Source: Beijerinckiaceae bacterium (GTDB taxonomy: Bacteria > Pseudomonadota > Alphaproteobacteria > Rhizobiales > Beijerinckiaceae). From it: a stretch of DNA of 35,806 bases. The stretch's first letter is position 1; every line of letters begins with the position of its first letter. The DNA lies in assembly GCA_044368425.1 (NCBI GenBank), contig JBIPLL010000001.1, positions 1 to 35,806 of the forward strand. Reading direction: 5' to 3'. Of this stretch, positions 26,611 to 35,156 are shown piece by piece. Both the position numbers and the translations under genes were made by a program. The notes below the pieces were generated by a model. The model did no database searches, was not told the origin of the DNA, and saw only the letters and a program-made list of their open reading frames with translations.

Positions 26611-27849
26611 TCAGATCAGCGCGTTCCAGCCGGTCTTCAGCAGAGCCCGCTGGTCGATGCCGAAGATGTCGGCGAGCCAGTCCGACAGCACTTCCTGGCC
26701 GATGGTCGGGTTGTCGTGCTGGCAGTGCTCGGCACCGGTCTCGTGCGGCTCGATCAGGCGCATGGTCACGTCGACGCCCTTGGCCTTGGCATAGTCGTAG
26801 GTCTTGCGGGCCGCAGACACGGTGAGCACGTCGTGGCCGCCATGCAGGATCAGGTAGGGGCAACGCATGTTCTCGAGGTGTCCTTCAAGCGTGAAGGGCA
26901 CGGCCTTTTCCATGGCCGCCTTCATCGTCGGCGTGCCGAAGACCCATTTGACATGCATGGCAAGGCCGAAATCCTCGCCCTTGTTGCCCCAGATGTCGGT
27001 GATCGACCAGATCGCGCCATGCGAGATGCAGGCCGCGAGGCGGTGCTCGTAGCAGCCGGCGCGAGCGGCGTAGTAGCCCCCGAGGCTCGATCCGCAGACC
27101 GCGATGCGGGCGGGATCGACATCGGCGCGCGTCAACAGCCAGTCGATGCACTTGCCGACCGGGTATTCGGTATCGACGCGGTTGACGACCTTGTGGCGGC
27201 GCAGCGTGCCGCCCTGGCCCGGCATGTCGACCATCAGCACGGAAATGCCGCGCTGCAGGCAGCCATGGGCCTGCATGAACCACATCTCGTCCTTGATGCT
27301 GTCGAGCCCGCCCATGCAGATCAGAACAGGCAGCCTGTCACCGGGAAACGGCGCGCGGACGAAATATCCGCAGAGCGAGACGCCATTCTCGTAGGGGATC
27401 TCCACCACTTCGCCGGGCGGATTGAGATATTTCAGGAAATTCTGGCTGCATGCCTCCATGCGCTCGAAGGTCGGCAGCCGGCGCGGATCGTCGGGCTCCA
27501 GATGGAATTCGGCCTGGCGGTAATAGTCGGCCGCGCGCAGGAAGCAGTTCATCGCGGTGCGGCTATGGCCCGCCTTCTCCTCGGACTGACCACGCTCCCA
27601 GTTGAAGTCGCCAATGCGCTTCCACTCCGCATGCCAACTCTCGAGGTCGCCCGGAATCATGCGCGAGGCGGCTAGGAAGACCTCGGAGACGGCACCGCCG
27701 CCTTCCTGGGTTTCGCCGAGTCCGCGACGGAACTGGTAGGACAGCCACGGATGTTCGGGCCAGTGATGCCACCCCATCGGCTCGTAATGGGGACCGCGAT
27801 CAGCCGTGATGGCCTCGATCGCATTATCATCATCCAAAGGCGCGGACAT
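26611..27849 (-). CDS. Alpha/beta hydrolase, FrsA/DUF1100-like (2,6-dihydropseudooxynicotine hydrolase-like family); first gene of the operon
   Basis: 412 aa. A long helical N-terminal domain is followed by LPVLICMGGLDSIKDE, the nucleophile elbow GSSLGG, and a late His (GAEHCQHDN). The family assignment is from memory of FrsA-like sequences. Confidence 0.75.
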   Translation of the reverse strand: MSAPLDDDNAIEAITADRGPHYEPMGWHHWPEHPWLSYQFRRGLGETQEGGGAVSEVFLAASRMIPGDLESWHAEWKRIGDFNWERGQSEEKAGHSRTAMNCFLRAADYYRQAEFHLEPDDPRRLPTFERMEACSQNFLKYLNPPGEVVEIPYENGVSLCGYFVRAPFPGDRLPVLICMGGLDSIKDEMWFMQAHGCLQRGISVLMVDMPGQGGTLRRHKVVNRVDTEYPVGKCIDWLLTRADVDPARIAVCGSSLGGYYAARAGCYEHRLAACISHGAIWSITDIWGNKGEDFGLAMHVKWVFGTPTMKAAMEKAVPFTLEGHLENMRCPYLILHGGHDVLTVSAARKTYDYAKAKGVDVTMRLIEPHETGAEHCQHDNPTIGQEVLSDWLADIFGIDQRALLKTGWNALI

Positions 27850-27897
27850 CGTGTTCCCCGATCAACTCCAGGTAGCAGAATGCTGGCCGACGCGAAA

Positions 27898-27918
27898 ACA
27901 CTTGTCAATGGCAAGTGT
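27898..27918. promoter_or_regulatory. Inverted repeat ACACTTG-N7-CAAGTGT, a candidate GntR operator in the divergent promoter region
   Basis: Perfect 7-bp arms at 27898..27904 and 27912..27918. Further copies of the half-site occur at CACACTT (27920..27926) and GCACTTG (28004..28010). All lie in the 207-bp AT-richer gap between the hydrolase operon and the GntR gene. Confidence 0.4.
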
Positions 27919-28056
27919 GCACACTTATTGAGGGCGGGATACAATATGCCGCGCTTTAGGGCGAGTTGGCGCATTTTTCAGCGCAAAAAGCCCGTTTATG
28001 TATGCACTTGCCAGGAGCGCGCTCGGTAATGTATCCAATTCCGACGGGAGAGGCTC

Positions 28057-28830
28057 ATGGACTACCCACGTCACAGCGAGGCCCACGCGAGAAGCGCGGA
28101 GATCGACGTGCCTGCGGCCGACGATGGCGGCGGCCCCCGCTCGCTTTCCGTGGCGGAGCGGGTTCGCGAACGCATCCTGACCGGCGAGATCGCGCCGGGC
28201 GAGCGGCTGAACGAGGTGCATCTGGCGCGCGAGCTCGGCGTCTCGCGCACGCCGATCCGGGCCGCACTGCATGCGCTCGCGGCCGAGGGGCTTCTCGACT
28301 ACGTGCACAATCGCGGCTTCTCCGTGCGCGATGTCCCGCTGGCGGCCATGCTCGACGCCTACGAAATCCGCGCCTCGCTCGAGGGCCTCGCCTGCCGCTT
28401 CGCCGCCGAGCGGGGCCTGACGCCGGAGCAGCGGGAGACGATCCGGGCTGCGCTCGCCAAGGGGGACGAGATCCTCGAGCGACCACAGCTGACCGATCGC
28501 GACCTTGCCGAGTATCGCACCGTCAATGTCGATTTCCACGACACGATCCTGGCTGCTGCCCAGAACCGCATGCTGGTCGAGGCGGTTCGGCTCACGCTCA
28601 ACATGCCTGGTGCAACCTACCGGCACATCGTCTCGTTCACGCATCGCGACGTGAGGCGGCGTCACGACGATCACCACCGGATCTTCGAGTTGATCGAATC
28701 AGGCGACGGCTGGCGTGCCGAGATCCTGATGCGCGAGCATGTGAGTGGCATTCGCGGTTCGCTCCTGCAGCGCCGCAAGCGCGAGGCCGAGGGGATCAAT
28801 CTCGGCTTCCCCGCCCCGCTCAACGATTGA
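28057..28830 (+). CDS. GntR-family transcriptional regulator, FadR/FCD subfamily
   Basis: GGGAGAGG at 28046..28053 precedes the ATG. The winged-HTH block is LNEVHLARELGVSRTPIRAALHALAAEGLL. The C-terminal all-helical FCD-like domain has His residues (FHDTIL, HRDVRRRHDDHHRIFE). Confidence 0.9.
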   Translation: MDYPRHSEAHARSAEIDVPAADDGGGPRSLSVAERVRERILTGEIAPGERLNEVHLARELGVSRTPIRAALHALAAEGLLDYVHNRGFSVRDVPLAAMLDAYEIRASLEGLACRFAAERGLTPEQRETIRAALAKGDEILERPQLTDRDLAEYRTVNVDFHDTILAAAQNRMLVEAVRLTLNMPGATYRHIVSFTHRDVRRRHDDHHRIFELIESGDGWRAEILMREHVSGIRGSLLQRRKREAEGINLGFPAPLND

Positions 28831-29586
28831 GGCGGACGCCTCCCGCTCCATCGATGTGGTAGCCGCCGAGCTGCTCCGCCTGTCTGGCGAATTCCGGCTC
28901 GCGCATACGGGCGAACAGCGCCTGCGCCGCCGGCTCGAAGGCGGTGCGCCAGTGCATTGCGAGATCAAACCGCCCCCAGGCCAGCGGCACGAAGCTGAGC
29001 CATGCCCTTGCGCCGCCGCGCGGGTGGCGATGACACAATCGACCTTGCCCCCGCATTGAATCGGCCAGATCCTGCGCCGTGGGGTGCTGTTGCGCGTGGG
29101 CGACCAGCACATGGGAGTCGACACCGGAATCGGCCAGCAGCTTCTTGAAAAGCATGCGGGCGCCGGCACCGGGCTGGCGCATGCCGAAACGCGCGCCCCG
29201 TTGGGCTGAATCGGCCAGGCTCGTCATTCACTGGGTTTTCCGGGCGCGACCATCAGGCCCTGCTCGCGGCGGGCGAAGCCGATCCGCACGGCCTCGATAT
29301 TGGCGTCGAGATAGGCGAGGGCCGCGACGGTTCCATGACAATGAATGGCGGCGATCGCCACCTTGTCGTGCTCCAGCCGCGCGAGGCCACGACGAGCCCT
29401 CGCAGAGGAGCGCAAGGCCGCAATCGGCATGGCGCACGACCCATTACGAGCACGGATCGTGGCTGCCGCCAATGATAAGCGGGGGCGATGCGGGCTGGAG
29501 CCCTTCGGGCATCGAAAACCCCGACGCGATCCACGCGACGAGGGCTGACCCTCGTCATGACCACGCATGAGATGTGACAGGCGCAC
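28820..29586 (-). pseudogene. Decayed PBP-like-domain regulator (ModE-associated / pfam PBP_like type substrate-binding domain) broken by at least three 1-nt indels
   Basis: Homology-like sequence jumps between frames. ...RGLARLEHDKVAIAAIHCHG...REQGLMVAPGKPSE stops at 29224. It resumes one frame over as TSLADSAQRGARFGMRQPGAGARMLFKKLLADSGVD. The expected block GKVDCVIATRAAAQGHG is in a second frame (ORF 28699..29169) before returning to LSFVPLAWGRFDLAM. No intact HTH is visible upstream. Confidence 0.5.
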
Positions 29587-29825
29587 CGGCTTGCATCTTG
29601 AACATTGTCGTCACTCGCATCCCTGCACCGGACCAGTACCGCCCGGAATGCGAGGGATGGGCCTGCGACGATGTCCACGCAATGATCTTGCTCGAGGAAA
29701 CCGTGCTGGGCAGCGGGGCGTTGAGATGATGCACCGTGGCGCAGCCTTCATGATCCCGATCAATGGACCGGGCTCGGGCAGGGCCCATTGTCGGCGCAGC
29801 TTCACTGCGGATCGAGGAGACAGCG

Positions 29826-30182
29826 ATGTATCAGGACTGGGCCGAATTCACGAAGACCCTGTCGGCCGGCCCCCTGCGCGAGTTGCGCAGCGGCACGCCG
29901 GAGGTGATGAAGGGCTTCTCGGCCATGGCACAGGCCGCCCTGAAGCCGCAGGCGCTCGACACCAAGACCAAGGAACTGATCGCGCTCGCCATCAGCGTCG
30001 CCATCCGCTGCGACGATTGCATCGGGTTCCACGCCAAGGCCGCGGCGCAGCAGGGTGCGACGCGCGAGGAGATCGCCGAGGCGCTCGGCATGGCGATCTA
30101 TATGGGTGCGGGCCCCTCCGCGATGTATGCGAGCCATGCACTGGAGGCCTTCGACCAGTTCGCCGTGCCCTCGCAGGAGTGA
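29826..30182 (+). CDS. Carboxymuconolactone decarboxylase (CMD)/AhpD-like family protein
   Basis: The ATG at 29826 is preceded by GAGGAG at 29814..29819. The 118-aa product carries the AhpD-type CxxC-xxx-H motif (AIRCDDCIGFHAKAA). Confidence 0.85.
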   Translation: MYQDWAEFTKTLSAGPLRELRSGTPEVMKGFSAMAQAALKPQALDTKTKELIALAISVAIRCDDCIGFHAKAAAQQGATREEIAEALGMAIYMGAGPSAMYASHALEAFDQFAVPSQE

Positions 30183-30214
30183 TCGCTTCGGGCTGGCGGC
30201 TTTGGGCTCACGGT

Positions 30215-31243
30215 TCACGGGCCATCGAGCGCGGCGACGGCGTGGGCGGCGAAGCGGGCCGAGAGCGGGCCGACCTGTTGCGCATCGGCGGACGCGGCAT
30301 TGCCTGTGCGGGCGCGCGCCGCGATCCCCTCGAAGATCACGGCAAAGCGGAACAGGGCGAATGCCATGTGAAAGGGCTGAAGCCGCAGCCCCTGCGGCGA
30401 TGCTTCGGCATAGGCCGCTTCGAACGCGCTGCGGTCCGGAATGCCGAGGGCCGCGAGGTCGAGCCCCGCCAGCCCGCCATAATCCTGCGGCGCGACATGC
30501 CAGCCCATGCAGGCATGGGCTAGATCGGCCAGCGGATGGCCGAGCGTCGACAATTCCCAGTCGAGCACGGCGATGACGCGCGGCTCGACCGGGTGAAACA
30601 TCACGTTGCCGACGCGATAGTCGCCATGCACGACCGTCGTCAGGTCGTCAGCCGGCACGTGGTGCGGCAGCCAGGCAATGAGGCGCTCGACATTGGCATC
30701 GTCCCGGCTGCGGGACAGCTCCCATTGCCGCGTCCAGCGCGCGATCTGGCGCTGGAAATAGTTGCCCGCCTTGCCGAAATCCGACAGGCCCGCCTTGTCG
30801 GGATCGACGCCGTGCAGGCGGGCCAGCTCGCGCGCCAGCGACAGATACATCGCGCGCCTGTCGCCTGGCGAAACACCGGTCAGCGTCGCATCGTGGAAGA
30901 CGCGACCGTCCAGCCGCTCCATGACGTAGAAGGGCGTGCCGATGATGTCTGCGTCGCTGCAATAGGCGAGCACGTCGGGCACGCCGATCCCCTGATCCCG
31001 CAATGCGGCCATGACCCGGAACTCGCGGTCGATGGCGTGAGCGGAGGGCAGCAGCGGGCCGGGAGGCTGCTTGCGCAGGACGAGGCGGCGGGCACCCGTC
31101 GTCACGAAGAAGGTCGGGTTCGACTGCCCGCCTGCAATTCGCTCGATATCGAGCGCATCGCCGATGCCGGCAAGGTTGGCCGACAGCCATTGCCGGAGGC
31201 GAGTTGCGTCGAAGGGCGGCGTCTCCACGACAGGCCCGGTCAC
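30215..31243 (-). CDS. Aminoglycoside-phosphotransferase-fold kinase (APH/ACAD10-11 N-terminal-like; LvaA-like)
   Basis: The probable GTG start at 31243 ([12 protein letters not shown]...) forms a GTGA overlap with the synthetase stop at 31240. The Brenner motif is [13 protein letters not shown] and the Mg-binding motif is [12 protein letters not shown]. The N-lobe reads [12 protein letters not shown]...LVLRKQP. Confidence 0.85.
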   Translation of the reverse strand: MTGPVVETPPFDATRLRQWLSANLAGIGDALDIERIAGGQSNPTFFVTTGARRLVLRKQPPGPLLPSAHAIDREFRVMAALRDQGIGVPDVLAYCSDADIIGTPFYVMERLDGRVFHDATLTGVSPGDRRAMYLSLARELARLHGVDPDKAGLSDFGKAGNYFQRQIARWTRQWELSRSRDDANVERLIAWLPHHVPADDLTTVVHGDYRVGNVMFHPVEPRVIAVLDWELSTLGHPLADLAHACMGWHVAPQDYGGLAGLDLAALGIPDRSAFEAAYAEASPQGLRLQPFHMAFALFRFAVIFEGIAARARTGNAASADAQQVGPLSARFAAHAVAALDGP

Positions 31244-32877
31244 GGATCGCTCCGCAGTTCGGCCTGCAAGTCGGCCTGCAAGTCGGCCCGCAGGGCGTAT
31301 TTCTGGATCTTGCCCGTCGCGGTGCGCGGCAGGTCGCGAAAGACGAAGCGGCGGGGAATCTTGAAACCCGCCAGCCGCTCGCGGCAGAAGGCGGTCAGTT
31401 CCGCGACGGCCGGCCGGGGCACGCCTGCGCGCAGCTCGATGAAGGCGCAGGGCACCTCGCCCCATTTCGGGTCCGGCGCGGCCACCACGGCAGCCAGAAG
31501 CACGGACGGATGCTGGTGGAGCACGCTCTCGACCTCAAGGCTCGATATGTTCTCGCCGCCCGAGATGATGATGTCCTTGGAGCGGTCGCGGATCTCGACA
31601 TAGCCGTCCTCATGGCGGACAGCGAGGTCGCCCGTATGGAAGACGCCCCCCGTAAAAGCGGCATCGGTGGTGGCGGCATCCCCGTAATAGCCGGCCATCA
31701 GCGTGTTGCCGTGCAGGACGATCTCGCCCAGGGTGGCGCCATCGGCGGGCACCTCCTGCCCCGCGGCATCGACGACGGAAAGCCGGCTGGCGGTCATGTG
31801 CCGGACGCCCTGGCGGGCCAGTGCGCGGGCCTTGGCCGCGGAATCGGGAACGTCCCAGTCGTCGCGCAAGGCGCAGAGCGATGCAGGACCGAAGGATTCC
31901 GTCAGACCGTAGAGGTGGATCAGGTCCATGCCCATGGCGTCGAGCGCCTCGATCAGCGCGCTGGTCGGAGCCGCGCCGCCGGTGCCGATGACGATGCGCC
32001 GGCCCTGCGGGGGCTGCGGTCGCCGGTCATGGTTCAGGAGCATGTAGAGGACGACGGGCGCACAGCAGAAATGGGTGACGCCGCGCTCCTCCAGAGCCGC
32101 GACGATCAGGGCCGGATCGACCCGGTCGAGGCAGACATGCGTTCCGCCCGCCGCCGTCACGGCCCAGGTGTGGCACCAGCCGTTGCAGTGGAACATCGGC
32201 AGCGTCCAGAGATAGACGGTCGAGGCATCGAAGCGCAGCGCCATCACATTGCCCAGCGCATTCAGCCAGGCGCCGCGATGATGATAGACCGCGCCTTTCG
32301 GGCGGCCTGTCGTGCCGGACGTGTAGTTGATGCAGATCGGCTGCCATTCGTCGAGGATCGCCTCCGTGCCGATGGGCAAGGGCTCCTCCTTGGCCAATGC
32401 GGCGGCGAAGTCCTCGGCCGGACTGCACGCCTCCCCGCCCGGCAGCACCAGCAGGCGTGCCCGGCCGCGCGCAACGGTTGCGAGCGCGGTGCGCGCCGTT
32501 GGGGCGCTTGCGGGATCGGCCACGATCGCCTTCGCGCCGGCATGATCGAGAATATAGGCGACAGCCTCCGCGTCGAGGCGGGTGTTGACTGCGGCGAGCA
32601 CAGCGCCGAGCATCGGAACGGCGAAATGGGCCGCCAGCATTTCGGGACGGTTCGCCGCGATGACGGCGACGACATCACCCGGCCCGATCCCGGCGCGGCG
32701 CAGCACAGCGGCGAAGCGACCGACAAGATCGCCGAATTGCCGCCAGGTCAGGCGCTCGTCGTTCCAGATCACGGCCGTGCGCTCCGGATAGACCGCGAGT
32801 GTGCGCACCAATCCTTCCAGCGGCGTCAGGGGCTGGAAATTGGCCGGGCGGCGGGCCAGATGTTCCTCGTCACGCAT
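31240..32877 (-). CDS. AMP-dependent acyl-CoA synthetase/ligase (LvaE-like)
   Basis: Start at ATG 32877 ([23 protein letters not shown]...). The AMP-binding motif is [14 protein letters not shown], with later blocks HTGDLAV and SGGENISS. The longer track ORF N-terminus is Arg-rich noise that overlaps the ACAD gene's 3' end. Confidence 0.92.
   Translation of the reverse strand: MRDEEHLARRPANFQPLTPLEGLVRTLAVYPERTAVIWNDERLTWRQFGDLVGRFAAVLRRAGIGPGDVVAVIAANRPEMLAAHFAVPMLGAVLAAVNTRLDAEAVAYILDHAGAKAIVADPASAPTARTALATVARGRARLLVLPGGEACSPAEDFAAALAKEEPLPIGTEAILDEWQPICINYTSGTTGRPKGAVYHHRGAWLNALGNVMALRFDASTVYLWTLPMFHCNGWCHTWAVTAAGGTHVCLDRVDPALIVAALEERGVTHFCCAPVVLYMLLNHDRRPQPPQGRRIVIGTGGAAPTSALIEALDAMGMDLIHLYGLTESFGPASLCALRDDWDVPDSAAKARALARQGVRHMTASRLSVVDAAGQEVPADGATLGEIVLHGNTLMAGYYGDAATTDAAFTGGVFHTGDLAVRHEDGYVEIRDRSKDIIISGGENISSLEVESVLHQHPSVLLAAVVAAPDPKWGEVPCAFIELRAGVPRPAVAELTAFCRERLAGFKIPRRFVFRDLPRTATGKIQKYALRADLQADLQAELRSDP
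31259..31294. repeat. In-frame 12-nt tandem repeat x3 (TCGGCCTGCAAG, TCGGCCTGCAAG, TCGGCCCGCAGG)
   Basis: Read directly at 31259..31270, 31271..31282 and 31283..31294. It encodes ...[12 protein letters not shown]... at the extreme C-terminus of the acyl-CoA synthetase, just upstream of the kinase start. Confidence 0.85.
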
Positions 32878-32960
32878 CCTGGCGCATCCTCCCGTGCCTG
32901 TCGTTTTCTGCCGTTCGTGTTCTGCTGCGGGCCTTCCCGGCCTTCGTGTTGAGTCCCGTC

Positions 32961-34169
32961 TCAGTCGGCAGCAACCGGCCATGTCCAGAAATCGCGGCCC
33001 TCGTCCGTTAGGAAGCGATTGAGGACCATGCGATGCACCTCGTCGGCGCCGTCGACGAGGCGGGCCTGCCGCGCATAGCGGTAGATCCATTCGAGGACCG
33101 TGTCCTTCGAATAGCCGCGCGCGCCGTTGATCTGGATCGCGGTATCGGCTGCCTGATGCAGGACATTGGCGACCTGCACCTTGGCCATCGAGACTTCCTT
33201 GCGGGCATAGCCGCCCCGGTCGAGTTCCCAGGCCGCCTTCATGACCAGCAGGCGGCCGATCTCGATCTGCATCGCGAGGCCGCCCAGCATGAGCTGGATG
33301 CTCTCGCGGTCCGACAGACGGACACCGAAGCCGCTGCGCGTGGCGGCATAATCCTGCGCGATCTCAACGCAGCGGCGCGCAAGGCCAAGCCAGCGCATGC
33401 AATGGGTCAGGCGTGCAGGCCCGAGCCGGGTCTGCGTGACGCGCATGCCCTTGCCCTCGGCCAGAAGGACGTTTTCGGCCGGAATCTCGAGCCCGTCGAA
33501 GACAATCTCGCAATGGCCGCCATGCTCCTCCGGGCCCATGATGGGGATGCGCCGCGCGATGTTCCAGCCCGGCTGGTCGCGATGGAAGAGGAAGGCGGTC
33601 AGCCCATGACGGGGATCGTCCGACGTACGGGCAACAAGGATGAAATGCGCGGCCTCACCCGCTCCGGTGATGAACCATTTGCGACCATGCACGACATAGC
33701 CGTCGCCCCGGCGCTCGGCGCGCGTCTGGATCATGCCGGGATCGGAGCCACCGCCGGGATGCGGCTCTGTCATGGCGAAGGCCGAACGCACCTCTCCCGC
33801 CACGATCGGGGCAAGCCAGCGCTCCTTCTGGGCCGGGGTGCCGAGCGCCTCGAGCACCATCATGTTGCCGTCGTCAGGCGCGGCGCTGTTGAAGACGACC
33901 GGCCCGAAGATCGAGCGGTTCATCGCCTCGTAGCAGACCGCCATGCCGACGCGGCCCAGACCCGCGCCGCCCGTCTCGGGCCGAAGCTGCAGGCACCAGA
34001 GCCCCTGCTCTCGCGCCTTGGCGCGCAGGCCCGCCAGCAGGTCCTGACGGATGTTCTCGTGAGCGTCGAAGGTCGCCGGATCGGATTCGAGCGGGATCAG
34101 CTCGCGCGCCACGAAGCCGGCAATGCGCGCGCGATAATCCTCCACCCGTGCGGGGATCGTGAAGTCCAT
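32961..34169 (-). CDS. Acyl-CoA dehydrogenase family protein (LvaC / ACAD10-11 C-terminal-like)
   Basis: 402 aa. ACAD blocks include FAMTEPHPGGGSDP, KWFITGA and a C-terminal four-helix domain (IYRYARQARLVDGADEVH). Confidence 0.92.
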   Translation of the reverse strand: MDFTIPARVEDYRARIAGFVARELIPLESDPATFDAHENIRQDLLAGLRAKAREQGLWCLQLRPETGGAGLGRVGMAVCYEAMNRSIFGPVVFNSAAPDDGNMMVLEALGTPAQKERWLAPIVAGEVRSAFAMTEPHPGGGSDPGMIQTRAERRGDGYVVHGRKWFITGAGEAAHFILVARTSDDPRHGLTAFLFHRDQPGWNIARRIPIMGPEEHGGHCEIVFDGLEIPAENVLLAEGKGMRVTQTRLGPARLTHCMRWLGLARRCVEIAQDYAATRSGFGVRLSDRESIQLMLGGLAMQIEIGRLLVMKAAWELDRGGYARKEVSMAKVQVANVLHQAADTAIQINGARGYSKDTVLEWIYRYARQARLVDGADEVHRMVLNRFLTDEGRDFWTWPVAAD

Positions 34170-34241
34170 GGTCGTCTCCCCCGGTGTTGTCCGTTGATCG
34201 CCGGCATCCGTTGCCGATGCGTTCCGACGTCCCGCTCCCGG

Positions 34242-35003
34242 TCAGAGCGAGGAAACCAGATGACCGCCATCCACGACAAGGGCCGTGCCGGTCATGTAGC
34301 GGCCCGCATTTCCGCACAGGAGCAGAAGCGGCCCGTCGAGATCGCCGGGCTGGCCCAGGCGCCGCTGCGGAATGCGCGCGATGAGGGCCTGCCCCGGCGG
34401 CGTCGCGAAAAAATCGCGGTTGAGGTCGGTCTCGACATAGCCGGGACACAGGGCGTTGACCCGGATGCCGTAGCGCGCCCATTCGAGTGCCAGCGCCTTG
34501 GTGAGCTGGATGAGGGCGGCCTTGGAGGTCGCATAGGCTGCGACATTGCCTGCGACGCGCAGGCCCAGGATCGAGGCGACATTGACGATCGCGCCGCCCG
34601 CGCCGCGATCCTTCATCGTCCGGGCCACGGCCTGCGACAGCCGGAAGGCGCCTGTCAGGTTCGTGGCCAGCACGGCGTCCCATTCCTGCTCACCGTGGGC
34701 CAGAGCAGGCTTTGCCACCGTGATGCCGGCGCAGTTGACGAGGATATCGATGGGCGGCGCGTCAGCCGCAGCGACCGCCTTGTCGATGGAGGCCTGGTCC
34801 GTGATGTCGAGAGCAAGCGCACTCGCCACACCGCCGCGGGAGCGGATGGTGGAGGCCGCCTTATCCAGCGCATCGAGCCGGCGCGCCGCCAGCACGACAT
34901 GGGCCCCGGCATCGGCCAGCACGTCGGCAAAATGCCGCCCGAGCCCGCTCGACGCCCCGGTGACGAGGGCAACCTTGCCCTTCAGATCAGCTGCGATTGT
35001 CAT
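34242..35003 (-). CDS. Short-chain dehydrogenase/reductase (SDR), 3-oxoacyl reductase-like (LvaD-like)
   Basis: 253 aa. The cofactor motif is TGASSGLG, NAG is present (VNCAGI), and the catalytic motif is YATSKAAL. Confidence 0.93.
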   Translation of the reverse strand: MTIAADLKGKVALVTGASSGLGRHFADVLADAGAHVVLAARRLDALDKAASTIRSRGGVASALALDITDQASIDKAVAAADAPPIDILVNCAGITVAKPALAHGEQEWDAVLATNLTGAFRLSQAVARTMKDRGAGGAIVNVASILGLRVAGNVAAYATSKAALIQLTKALALEWARYGIRVNALCPGYVETDLNRDFFATPPGQALIARIPQRRLGQPGDLDGPLLLLCGNAGRYMTGTALVVDGGHLVSSL

Positions 35004-35156
35004 GAATGATCAGGAGCCCCGTCCGCGGTCGCCGCGAGCGCCAAGATTGGGCCATCGGAACGCAAGGCACAACCTCCACTGGCAGCGGAGGGCATCGGGG
35101 GCATCTGCGTGGATGACAGGCCGCGCTGTTGGCGTCGATGCCAGCGGGCCGCCCCA

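Noticed and set aside
27971-27990. T5/A5 complementary runs (gcatttttcagcgcaaaaagc) as a small hairpin or terminator in the GntR upstream region
   Set aside because: The stem would be A-T only with mismatched flanks. It sits in a promoter region where no upstream transcript needs terminating.
29614-29654. 7-bp inverted repeat CTCGCAT ... ATGCGAG, about 27 nt apart, upstream of the CMD gene
   Set aside because: The spacer is long and the element lies inside the decayed regulator remnant. There is no supporting second copy or known motif.
35073-35091. CCTCC-N9-GGAGG hairpin between the GntR stop and the SDR start, as a possible terminator or operator
   Set aside because: The stem is only 5 bp with a 9-nt loop and there is no T tract. 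Such short GC stems are expected by chance in this composition.
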